A stretch of DNA of 63,340 nucleotides, filler included, from Octopus bimaculoides (Eukaryota): assembly GCF_001194135.2 (NCBI RefSeq). It is 9 parts of 9 records of this genome, joined end to end, with 100 filler letters (N's around TTAATTAATTAA, not from the genome) between each part and the next. Parts side by side here need not be neighbours in the genome. Positions count along the whole stretch, not along the records: positions 62,110 to 63,340 come from NC_069004.1; 8 more parts are not named here. One strand, 5' to 3'. Made by a program: the position numbers and the translations under genes. Shown here piece by piece: positions 63,292 through 63,340 of this stretch (the first letter of the stretch is position 1; each line of letters opens with the position of its first letter). A model generated the notes under the pieces. The model ran no database searches. It was not told the origin of the DNA and saw only the letters and a list, made by a program, of their open reading frames with translations.

Positions 63292-63340
63292 ATTGATTTT
63301 AATTGAGTTTTTTACCTGTAATTTTGGATTTTGTCCCTAT

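Overview
This is draft-assembly animal genomic DNA: AT-rich, dense in microsatellites, and broken by many N gaps. The repeat content looks like an Octopus/cephalopod genome, which is an inference from the repeat types. There are no prokaryotic features and no CRISPR array, and almost all long ORFs in the track are microsatellite or N-run artefacts. The window is mostly intronic or intergenic and holds decayed mobile elements: several tRNA-derived SINE families, fragments of RTE, L1/Tx1, CR1-like and R4/Dong LINEs, Penelope-like elements (PLEs), mariner remnants, Tc1 and hAT MITEs, a Helitron end, and a 2 kb non-autonomous LTR element nested in a Tx1 LINE. One convincing host exon (509-644, minus strand) encodes a Ly6/uPAR three-finger-like segment. 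The main hidden signal is a set of about 9-10 minimal type-I hammerhead-ribozyme folds from at least six unrelated sequence families. All have a tiny palindromic or near-palindromic stem III of the dimer-cleaving type. Two have fully intact cores (1965-2053 and 22266-22328), one has a G3-C8 compensatory core swap, and several sit inverted at the 5' break of retroelement fragments. The second highlight is an LTR primer-binding region with an approximately 43 nt tRNA-Trp 3' half and three tandem PBS copies. All RNA folds were paired by eye and none has been tested.
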